Shown piece after piece: positions 18,171-25,095 of a DNA stretch of 61,934 nucleotides. Source of the DNA: Patescibacteria group bacterium (lineage in GTDB: Bacteria; Patescibacteriota; Patescibacteriia; Magasanikbacterales; GWA2-37-8). Numbering within the stretch: the stretch's first letter is position 1; the number at the start of each line of letters is the position of its first letter. The notes beneath the pieces are model-generated. The model ran no database searches. It saw only the letters and a program-made list of their open reading frames with translations, and was not told where the DNA came from. A program made the position numbers and the translations under genes. The DNA is taken from the NCBI GenBank assembly GCA_028688375.1, contig JAQTYG010000004.1, forward strand, positions 1-61,934, in the 5' to 3' direction.

Positions 18171-18677
18171 ATGGATACGTCCAACAGCCCGTTGAGTGTT
18201 TCGGTACTGGATTTGCGAAAATCACGGCACTCAGAGGACCGTGAAATCGCGGAAAAGTGTGAGCGTATCATTATGGCCTTAATGGATTCTCTCAAACCAA
18301 TACTGCGTTATGTTTGTAGAGGTGTCCATTTTTACGGTGTGCCCAGCGGGGGAATGTATACCAAGAGGTGCGTTCCGGTAGGAGAGCCCATCAGTAATTT
18401 TCACTTGTTCCTTTCTGAAGATGGTGCCTTCTTTGGTGCTCTTGGGTCAGGTACTAGAGACAAAAGATTCCATGTCACGGGATATACAGGCAACAATGGA
18501 AGAGTAAAGCGCGCGGGAGATTGTGAAGAATCTTGGCAGCGTTTACCGTTCTGCGATTTGGTCGCTGGGCTCCGTGAGATTTTGGCTGATGCCGAGCGCA
18601 AACGAGAACAGCATCTTAAGGCGGTCGTACAGAGGCGCGAGCTCCTTGATAAGATGCTCGGCATATTGGCCCGGTAA
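18171..18677 (+). CDS. Hypothetical protein (no recognisable motif)
   Basis: Complete ORF with its own promoter and SD. Codon choice (AGA/AGG/GGA, CTC) looks unlike its neighbours. Sits just downstream of a tRNA. Confidence 0.5.
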   Translation: MDTSNSPLSVSVLDLRKSRHSEDREIAEKCERIIMALMDSLKPILRYVCRGVHFYGVPSGGMYTKRCVPVGEPISNFHLFLSEDGAFFGALGSGTRDKRFHVTGYTGNNGRVKRAGDCEESWQRLPFCDLVAGLREILADAERKREQHLKAVVQRRELLDKMLGILAR

Positions 18678-18807
18678 GTGAGAATCGTAGGCACAGTCGC
18701 CATCAACACGTCGTCTTGGGAAATTCTAAGGAGGAAGTACCAAGACGACGAAATACAAAAGCAGCTTTAATCAAAGGCTGTTTTTGTTTTTCCGTCTCGT
18801 TTTTTTG

Positions 18808-18816
18808 TGCTATAAT
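18808..18816 (+). promoter_or_regulatory. Extended -10 element (TGcTATAAT) 7 nt upstream of the permease ATG
   Basis: Read directly. The spacing implies a leaderless or near-leaderless mRNA. Confidence 0.35.
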
Positions 18817-18822
18817 ATATTC

Positions 18823-19995
18823 ATGAACCACATCGATCATCCCGTAGTTTTACACCGAGGCGTATACAAAAAGACCGCCACGACTAGCGAGGCGGTGTTT
18901 ATGATTACCGGCATGACCATTGGCGCCGGTATTTTAGGCTTGCCCTACGTTATCGCTCGTTCCGGCCTAGCCGTCGGCCTAATGATGATTTTGCTTTGGG
19001 GGTTGGTGATGTTGTTACTCAATTTGATGCTGGGTGATATCGCCGTGCGTACCAAGGAAAGTTTTCAATTGCCCGGTTTTGCCGGCAAATATGTCGGGCC
19101 GTGGGCTAAGTACCTACTGAGCGCGGTTATAATTTTCAGCGGATTCGGTACCTTGCTCGCCTATATCATCGGCGAGGGTCAGGTATTGGCCGAGATATTC
19201 GGCGGTTTGCCATTTTGGTGGAGCGTATTTTTTTGGTCTATCGCCAGCTTTTTTGTTTGGATGGGTTTGCAGACAGTAAAATCGGCGGAAAGAATTTTAA
19301 GTTTGTCCGTTATCATTTTGATTATCGGTTTGGCGATTTTTCTTTTGCCGAAAATGAGCACCGCCAATTTGGTTCAGATTGATTTTGCCAATTTCTTTTT
19401 GCCGTTTGGCGTAATTTTATTTGCCATGCACGCCACGCCTTCTATCGCCGAAGCCCACGCGCTTTTGCCCGGCTCGGAGCGACGTTTTAAAAAAGCGATT
19501 ATTTTCGGCACGCTCATTCCGGTTTTTGTTTACACGGTGTTTGCTTTAGCCGTGGTGGGTTTTTCCGGTTTAAGTACCACCGAGTTGGCCACTATCGGCC
19601 TGGGACGCGCGCTTGGCCCGGTGGTTTCTTTAATCGCCAATGCTTTTGCCGTTTTGGCCATGGGTACTTGTTTTATGGGCATGGGGTTGGCTTTAAAACA
19701 ATCATTGATGTGGGACCACAAAGTGAGTCGGCATTTGGCTGAAATTACGGTGATTACCGTGCCTCTGTTGCTGTTTTTATTCGGTTTTCGTAGTTTTGTG
19801 GAAGTGCTGGACGTGGTAGGTGGATTGTTCATCGGCATCGAGGCCCTATTGATTGTTTTGATTTGTTATCAGGCAAGAAAAAAAGGCGCGTTGGGCGCCT
19901 CTCGTTATGGCTTTAATTATTTTTGGCTGGCGGCGATTCCGGTGCTAATACTTTTCTTGGTGGCGACGATTTATTCCGTGTTTAAAATGTTTTAA
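18823..19995 (+). CDS. Amino-acid permease-like transporter (about 11 TM)
   Basis: Polytopic protein starting MNHIDHP.. with GMTIGAGILGLPYV, as in amino-acid/aromatic amino-acid transporter families. Confidence 0.6.
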   Translation: MNHIDHPVVLHRGVYKKTATTSEAVFMITGMTIGAGILGLPYVIARSGLAVGLMMILLWGLVMLLLNLMLGDIAVRTKESFQLPGFAGKYVGPWAKYLLSAVIIFSGFGTLLAYIIGEGQVLAEIFGGLPFWWSVFFWSIASFFVWMGLQTVKSAERILSLSVIILIIGLAIFLLPKMSTANLVQIDFANFFLPFGVILFAMHATPSIAEAHALLPGSERRFKKAIIFGTLIPVFVYTVFALAVVGFSGLSTTELATIGLGRALGPVVSLIANAFAVLAMGTCFMGMGLALKQSLMWDHKVSRHLAEITVITVPLLLFLFGFRSFVEVLDVVGGLFIGIEALLIVLICYQARKKGALGASRYGFNYFWLAAIPVLILFLVATIYSVFKMF

Positions 19996-20010
19996 ATTAT
20001 TCCATACCCC

Positions 20011-20147
20011 GCTCGTCAGATATACGTTCCGGACACGGGTCTCCTCGCCTGAGGGCTCGTCGCCCTTACGCTCGTCCCGATTTTGACATCGGGACTCCGC
20101 GAAAGCCTGTCCGCCTCTGGCGGATCCGTAACATATATCTGCCGAGC
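20011..20147. repeat. GC-rich structured repeat E2 (23-bp terminal inverted repeats)
   Basis: GCTCGTCAGATATACGTTCCGGA ... TCCGTAACATATATCTGCCGAGC. Same conserved core as E1. Confidence 0.7.
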
Positions 20148-20168
20148 TCCTTGTTGATTATTGCCTGG

Positions 20169-21914
20169 TTATTCCGTCACTTCCGCCCCGACCAAGCGGC
20201 CGCGATCGTTCGCTCCCAAAGTATTGTCCACCGCGCCAACTCGCGCTTCCAATTGTTTGCCTAAAAGATCATCAGTCGCGTTATACGCGGCGTTTTTTAT
20301 TAATAATACTTTTTTACCGACTTGTGATGCCGTCGGTTTAATTGACACTTCAAAATACAGGCCGATTTCACTTTGCGCCGGCGCTAGATTGTAATTCCAC
20401 GACACGGTTCGCGAGCCAGCGTCATATTTAAGCACCGGGCCGATGGTCACGCTTTGTTTGCCGGTAAATTCCACGCCGTCGGCTAACACCGCTCGGAAAG
20501 CATTGCCGCTAATGGGATTGGTGGTGTTGGAGATGTTGGCGGCCATCCAATATTTGGTGGTTTCGCCCACGGTCGGTGGCAAAGCGCCACGGCCCAACTG
20601 GTCGCCTTCAGCGGTGTAATACATCGGCAGAACAGACATGAATATTTGGGTCACTAAAGGCAAGCGAATAACAGCCGAGCCGTCCCGGGTAAATTTTTGC
20701 CCGGGCACGTCATTCATTTCCGCTTCCATTTTTGTTTTTATTTCCAAGTTTGTCTGGTTGCCGGCGTTAAAACGGGGCAGTAGTTTTAATTTTATTTCAA
20801 ATTGGTCAGCCGTGCCAGGCAGGCCGCTGGCCAGCGCGGTCCTCGTTTTTTTATCCGCCACCAGTTCGGTGCCGACCACGGTTAAATTGTTGTCGCGGGC
20901 CGTGGCGCGCAAATCAACCACTCCCGGGGTGGGCGAGATGATCAAACGCAAATTATTCAGCGTGAAAGGGCTGTTGTTTTTCCAAGAAATTGTCGCCGGC
21001 AGGATTTGCCCGGAATCGGCATAGGCGGTATCGCCGGTCAGTTTGATGTCAGAGACAAGTTCGGGAAAATAAACTGATAATTCTTTCGCGGCAGTTGCTT
21101 GGGTGATTTGGACATCATTTATCACCAAACCGACCGATATTTTTTGCGTCAGAGCGCCGGTTTGGGCCGGTACGTTTACCGCGCCGGAGATGACTTTAGC
21201 TTCGCCCGGTTTAAGGGCAAAGTCTTGCAAGGTTTTTTCATCGGGGAAAATTATTGTCGTGGCCGGTTTGATATAAATATGCTCCACCAAACTATTGCCG
21301 TTATTTTTTATTTTTAAGGTTAAAGGCAGTTCACGGCCGGGGAAGGCGGTACTGTCCATGATGATTTCCGCCGTCAGCACGCTGCCACCGGTTTTGAAAA
21401 AAGCGGCGCTGATTTTTTGTTCCTTAGCGTTATTGTCAGCTCGCTCGTAGGAGAGATAACCGGTAATTTTTTCTTCCTGATTCGGCTCGGCGAATATTTG
21501 TCCGTATAGGGCTACTTGATTTTTACCACCCGCCTCTATTTTACCCAGATTAAAAGTTGAGTTGGCGGAAAAAATTTCGACCGGTGTTTTTGCCCGGTCA
21601 ATCACAAAACCTTTTGGCAAATGGACAGCCAATGTTGCGTTATTCAAATCATGTTTACTGCGGTTCTGGTAATCAATGGTGATTTTTATTTCTTCGCCGC
21701 TAATTACTCGTTCCCCGCCGAAATTAAAAGAAAGATCCACTAAATCAATTAGCGTCGGTTTCCAGAAAAAGAAGAATACACTGGCACCCAGCATAACCAC
21801 GGCTAATCCGAGGAGGGCCAAATCAAAAACAAAAAGCTTTTTGGCATGGCGATAAATGCCGTGATAGCGGGTATGATAAAGTTTGCGAAAAAAATTGTGG
21901 ATAGTTTTGAGCAT
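20169..21914 (-). CDS. N-terminally anchored extracellular beta-rich protein, function unknown
   Basis: TM helix LALLGLAVVMLGASVFFFFW, followed by about 530 aa of repetitive beta-strand-like sequence. Confidence 0.5.
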   Translation of the reverse strand: MLKTIHNFFRKLYHTRYHGIYRHAKKLFVFDLALLGLAVVMLGASVFFFFWKPTLIDLVDLSFNFGGERVISGEEIKITIDYQNRSKHDLNNATLAVHLPKGFVIDRAKTPVEIFSANSTFNLGKIEAGGKNQVALYGQIFAEPNQEEKITGYLSYERADNNAKEQKISAAFFKTGGSVLTAEIIMDSTAFPGRELPLTLKIKNNGNSLVEHIYIKPATTIIFPDEKTLQDFALKPGEAKVISGAVNVPAQTGALTQKISVGLVINDVQITQATAAKELSVYFPELVSDIKLTGDTAYADSGQILPATISWKNNSPFTLNNLRLIISPTPGVVDLRATARDNNLTVVGTELVADKKTRTALASGLPGTADQFEIKLKLLPRFNAGNQTNLEIKTKMEAEMNDVPGQKFTRDGSAVIRLPLVTQIFMSVLPMYYTAEGDQLGRGALPPTVGETTKYWMAANISNTTNPISGNAFRAVLADGVEFTGKQSVTIGPVLKYDAGSRTVSWNYNLAPAQSEIGLYFEVSIKPTASQVGKKVLLIKNAAYNATDDLLGKQLEARVGAVDNTLGANDRGRLVGAEVTE

Positions 21915-21949
21915 ATAGTTGTATTTAGATTATATCACCAATAAACGGC

Positions 21950-21982
21950 TAAAACAACAAAAGACCCCGAGCGGGGTCTTTT
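21950..21982 (-). terminator. Terminator of the HTH gene
   Basis: On the minus strand, AAGACCCCG-ctc-GGGGTCTT followed by TTGTTGTTTT. Confidence 0.6.
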
Positions 21983-21987
21983 GATTA

Positions 21988-22338
21988 TTAGGTTTGTTTG
22001 GTCGGTTCGGAGTTATCCACAGGGAGCTGTTTTATCGGTTCTTTTTTGATAGTTTTCGGGTTGGGGGAGTAGAGGGGGTTTTTGATCCGCCACTTATCCA
22101 CAAATTGGCCGATACCGCGTTTTGCCAGTTTATTTTTAATGGTAGTGTGTCTTTGAGACCATTTTACTAAACTCTCAAAATTTAGCTTATATCTGGCGCC
22201 GACAATGGCATAGGTGATCTCTTGGGAGGCAATGGCCCGGCGTATTGTTTGAGCATTTACGCCAAAAATCTTAGCCGCCTCGGATATAGACAGGCGTATC
22301 ATTTCCTTCGGTTCTTTGTTGTTGGTTGTTTCCACCAT
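21988..22338 (-). CDS. Small helix-turn-helix (excisionase/MerR-like HTH_17-type) DNA-binding protein
   Basis: IRLSISEAAKIFGVNAQTIRRAI is a classic HTH. 116 aa. The start could alternatively be the second Met (MIRLS..). Confidence 0.65.
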   Translation of the reverse strand: MVETTNNKEPKEMIRLSISEAAKIFGVNAQTIRRAIASQEITYAIVGARYKLNFESLVKWSQRHTTIKNKLAKRGIGQFVDKWRIKNPLYSPNPKTIKKEPIKQLPVDNSEPTKQT

Positions 22339-22341
22339 AAG

Positions 22342-22365
22342 TTTGTATACACAAGTGTATACAAA
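22342..22365. promoter_or_regulatory. 24-bp perfect palindrome, copy 1 (candidate operator)
   Basis: TTTGTATACAC-AA-GTGTATACAAA. Lies between the -10 box and the start codon of the HTH gene. Confidence 0.6.
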
Positions 22366-22392
22366 TCATAGCATATCGGCAGATTTTGTCAA
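22365..22392 (-). promoter_or_regulatory. Sigma70-like promoter of the HTH gene
   Basis: On the minus strand, TTGACA, 16 nt, TATGAT. The -10 box abuts palindrome copy 1. Confidence 0.5.
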
Positions 22393-22443
22393 GGGTTTAA
22401 TCGGAAAAGGTAAAAAATGATCGAAAATTAATTTATTGAAAAG

Positions 22444-22467
22444 TTTGTATACACAAGTGTATACAAA
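22444..22467. promoter_or_regulatory. 24-bp perfect palindrome, copy 2
   Basis: Identical sequence, 102 bp from copy 1. Confidence 0.6.
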
Positions 22468-22502
22468 TCGGTATATAACCTCGCTGTTTAAGCCAAATTT
22501 TT

Positions 22503-22531
22503 TTGTCATTTTTTACCATTTTTTGTATACA
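22503..22531 (+). promoter_or_regulatory. Possible rightward promoter overlapping palindrome copy 3
   Basis: TTGTCA, 17 nt, TATACA. The -10 box lies inside the palindrome. Confidence 0.3.
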
Positions 22532-22545
22532 CAAGTGTATACAAA
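22522..22545. promoter_or_regulatory. 24-bp perfect palindrome, copy 3
   Basis: Identical sequence, 78 bp from copy 2. Confidence 0.6.
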
Positions 22546-22558
22546 AAACTTTAGTGAG

Positions 22559-22728
22559 CTATCTGTCTTTACCGGCTTTCGGTAATTGTTGTCAGCGCAC
22601 ATCAGCGAAGCGGTCGGCCAGGGTGTCCCGACGTTACGTCGGGACGAGACCGCGAGCTGCGTAGTGAGTGAGCACGGTGGGCGAACGAACGGCGATGACA
22701 ACATTTGCCGAAAGCCGAGGACAGGTAG
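22559..22728. repeat. 170-nt GC-rich long-stem element
   Basis: Outer arms CTATCTGTCTTTACCGGCTTTCGGTAATTGTTGTCA and TGACAACATTTGCCGAAAGCCGAGGACAGGTAG pair, with bulges. Central hairpin GTCCCGACG-tta-CGTCGGGAC. Confidence 0.55.
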
Positions 22729-22770
22729 TGTTAAAAGGGTTAAAAAGGAGAAATAGCCTCGCGGGTTTGA

Positions 22771-22810
22771 CCCCTCACTCAGCCCGCAAAATGTGGGGCT
22801 GAGTGAGGGG
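22771..22810. repeat. 15-bp perfect hairpin flanked by GTTTGAC on both sides
   Basis: CCCCTCACTCAGCCC-gcaaaatgt-GGGGCTGAGTGAGGGG. Confidence 0.6.
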
Positions 22811-22921
22811 TTTGACACACCCCTTATATCCCTGCTATTATTATATCCATATTCTTGCTTCTAGGGATGGTGGCAAGGGTGTTGGTGGTGTAACAATTTA
22901 ACCATTATTACGTCTTCTAAG

Positions 22922-23482
22922 ATGTCAGGCAAAATTACGGAAAAAATACTCCTGTATCGGCTGCAGACGAAACAAGATCCGGAAGCTTTTGCCGAGCTCT
23001 ACGACCTATATGTAAAACGAATCTACCGCTTCGTTTTTTTTAAAGTATCCGGACACGAGGAGGCGGAAGACCTAACTTCGGAAGTTTTTCTTAAAGTTTG
23101 GAATTTTATCGCTGAAAAAAAGGAAGTAAAAAGTTTTAGCGGTTTGCTCTATCGCACCGCCCGCAATTCCATTATTGATCTCTATCGCTCAAAATCATTT
23201 CAATCTAATCCGTTATACCTTTCGGCATTGCCCGAAGGCGTGGAGCCGATGGACCAAGGAAATTTGGCGGAAAAAATTGGTGGACAGATAGAAGCGCAAA
23301 AAATTATTCAGGCGATTAAAAAATTAAAGCAGGAATACCAGGAAGTGCTCACCTTGAAATACGTAGATGAATTATCCGTGGATGAAATTGCCGAGATCAC
23401 CGGCAAGGGCGGAATCTCGGTCCGAGTCACTATCCATCGCGCCATGCGCAAATTAAAAGAACTGCTGAACAAAGACATCTAA
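22922..23482 (+). CDS. ECF-type sigma-70 family RNA polymerase sigma factor
   Basis: Region 2 (RIYRFVFFKV..AEDLTSEVFLKVW) and region 4 HTH (LKYVDELSVDEIAEITGKGGISVRVTIHRAMRKLK). Confidence 0.85.
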   Translation: MSGKITEKILLYRLQTKQDPEAFAELYDLYVKRIYRFVFFKVSGHEEAEDLTSEVFLKVWNFIAEKKEVKSFSGLLYRTARNSIIDLYRSKSFQSNPLYLSALPEGVEPMDQGNLAEKIGGQIEAQKIIQAIKKLKQEYQEVLTLKYVDELSVDEIAEITGKGGISVRVTIHRAMRKLKELLNKDI

Positions 23483-23486
23483 AATT

Positions 23487-24815
23487 ATGTCGCAAGAATT
23501 AAAGCGACAACTCAAATCTTTAAAGACGGGCGAAGTGAGCCCGCGCGCCGAGTGGCTGAAATCCAGCCGCGAGGTTTTGCTGTCCCAAATCAAAAATACC
23601 GTGCCAGCGGAAAAGGCCGGCGCGTTGGATAATGTTTGGTTCGGCTTATCCGTTTTTATGCCGCAAAAATTTGTTTTCAGCGTGGTCCGTCCGATGGCGG
23701 TGTTGTTCATCGTCGCTCTGGTCGGTACCAGCGGTTGGATCGCCACCGTGGACGCTTCGTATGAAGCCCTGCCCGGTGATTGGCTGTATCCGGCCAAGCG
23801 CGCCATGGAAAAAACGCAAGTTACCGCCGCCACGATTTTCGGCGCGAAAAATACCGAGACGAAATTGCATTCTGAATTCGCCAAACGCCGCGCCACGGAA
23901 ATAAAGAAAGTGGTGGCCGGCAACGATCCGCAAAAAGATACCAAGGTTTCCCAAACTGTTTCCGATTTAAAAGTGGAAATCACCAGCGTGGCCGCTAATC
24001 TGCAAGAGATAAAAAATATAAAGGAAGGCGGCACCGGCGATGTGGCCAAGGAAGTTCAAAAAAATACCGAACAAATCAATACCGTGCTTAAAGAGGTAAA
24101 GGATGATTTGAGCGTCGGCACTTCCACCGAGAGCAAGGCGATTTCCAAAGAAATCAGCGAGGCCAAGGATATGGCCAAAGACGCCACTGTTCAAGCGGTG
24201 GGAGTTTTAGTAACCAAACACTTGGAAGGTGATGTTTCCGTGACCAAAGAACAAGTGGCCGAAGCGATTGACAAGACTATGCAAAACGTGGTGACCGAAG
24301 TCGGTGTAACCAAACAAAACGTTGAGGGTATGAATACCGTGGTAAGCGCGGTGAGCGCTGAAGTTAAAGATAAGACCGCGACCACTTCCGTTGAGTCGGA
24401 TAAATTAATTGACGCGGCGGAAAAAACCAAAGAAGCCACGGTGCAAACACAGGCGGCGGCGGTGGCAATTGATAAACAAGTGAGCGAAGTCAAATCATTG
24501 GTGGAAAGCGGGGATTTGGAGAAGGCTATGGATAAAGTAAAAGAGGCGACCGAAACCACCAAACAGGTGGAAAAAATTCAAGATAGCACGCTGACCACGG
24601 CGCAAGGTGTTTTGCCGACGCCGGTGGTGGCGGTAGTCAAAGAACAGGTGACCACGGCGATTCAAACCGTGAGTTCCACCGCGGGTATAAAAGTAATTGT
24701 CAGCACTACCGCGCAAGTGATTGAACCGGGCAAATTGCCGGTGTTGGTGATCGTCACCACTTCACCGACTATCGTGGTTAATCCGAGTACCAGCGCCAGC
24801 AGTACGAAAAGATAA
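23487..24815 (+). CDS. Membrane-anchored DUF5667-like coiled-coil protein (candidate anti-sigma/partner)
   Basis: One TM helix, then LPGDWLYPAKRAMEKTQV and long Lys/Glu/Thr/Val-rich helical repeats. Starts 4 nt after the sigma gene stop. Confidence 0.5.
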   Translation: MSQELKRQLKSLKTGEVSPRAEWLKSSREVLLSQIKNTVPAEKAGALDNVWFGLSVFMPQKFVFSVVRPMAVLFIVALVGTSGWIATVDASYEALPGDWLYPAKRAMEKTQVTAATIFGAKNTETKLHSEFAKRRATEIKKVVAGNDPQKDTKVSQTVSDLKVEITSVAANLQEIKNIKEGGTGDVAKEVQKNTEQINTVLKEVKDDLSVGTSTESKAISKEISEAKDMAKDATVQAVGVLVTKHLEGDVSVTKEQVAEAIDKTMQNVVTEVGVTKQNVEGMNTVVSAVSAEVKDKTATTSVESDKLIDAAEKTKEATVQTQAAAVAIDKQVSEVKSLVESGDLEKAMDKVKEATETTKQVEKIQDSTLTTAQGVLPTPVVAVVKEQVTTAIQTVSSTAGIKVIVSTTAQVIEPGKLPVLVIVTTSPTIVVNPSTSASSTKR

Positions 24816-24950
24816 TTTCTTTTTCCTCGTTCGCGTCTCACCAAGTGGGGCTTGAACGAGGAGAGAGATAATTTGTTTATCCGGTCTTTGCAAAAGGTCG
24901 AGAGACCATACGGTCTCGCGAAGATCTTTGTAAGGTGTTTACAACACACT

Positions 24951-24993
24951 CCCTAGCCCCTCTTAAAGAGGGGAAACCCTCCGTTAAGGAGGG
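24951..24993. repeat. Twin hairpins CCCTAGCCCCTCTT-aa-AGAGGGG and CCCTCC-gtta-AGGAGGG
   Basis: Shorter relatives, in reverse orientation, of the repeats around the DUF559 gene. Confidence 0.5.
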
Positions 24994-25095
24994 CGAAGTG
25001 GTGCGTTGTAACACCCAAACCCTAATTTCTTTGACGCTTCGGTTTCGTTTATGCGGAACAGGAGTGCGCAACAGAGTAGGGTATATATATTTATT

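Noticed and set aside
22342-22545. Could the three identical 24-mers be a mini CRISPR array?
   Set aside because: The spacers are 78 and 54 bp (unequal) and the repeat is a perfect palindrome overlapping promoter elements. There are no cas genes. An operator interpretation fits better.
22559-22728. Hammerhead-like core (..CGATGA..CCGAAAG..) in the long-stem element
   Set aside because: The CUGAUGA box is incomplete (CGAUGA), and the sequence between the boxes cannot form stem II.
22795-22816. GGGGCTGAGTGAGGGGTTTGAC resembles a tmRNA 5' end (GGGGCTGA..GGATTCGAC)
   Set aside because: It is simply the 3' arm of a perfect 15-bp hairpin. No tag reading frame or tRNA-like 3' domain (T-arm, ..CCACCA) is found downstream.
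22513-22818. 101-aa ORF across the structured region
   Set aside because: It is merely a translation of nested GC-rich hairpins, and it has no SD or promoter.
23453-24049. 198-aa and several shorter ORFs antisense to the DUF5667-like gene
   Set aside because: These are shadow ORFs in a repetitive Lys/Glu/Thr-coding region. The sense gene is coupled to the sigma factor gene.
25051-25095. Upstream start (MRNRSAQQSRVYIFI..) for the surface-protein gene
   Set aside because: The extension is not signal-peptide-like. ATG 25096 begins a canonical signal peptide.
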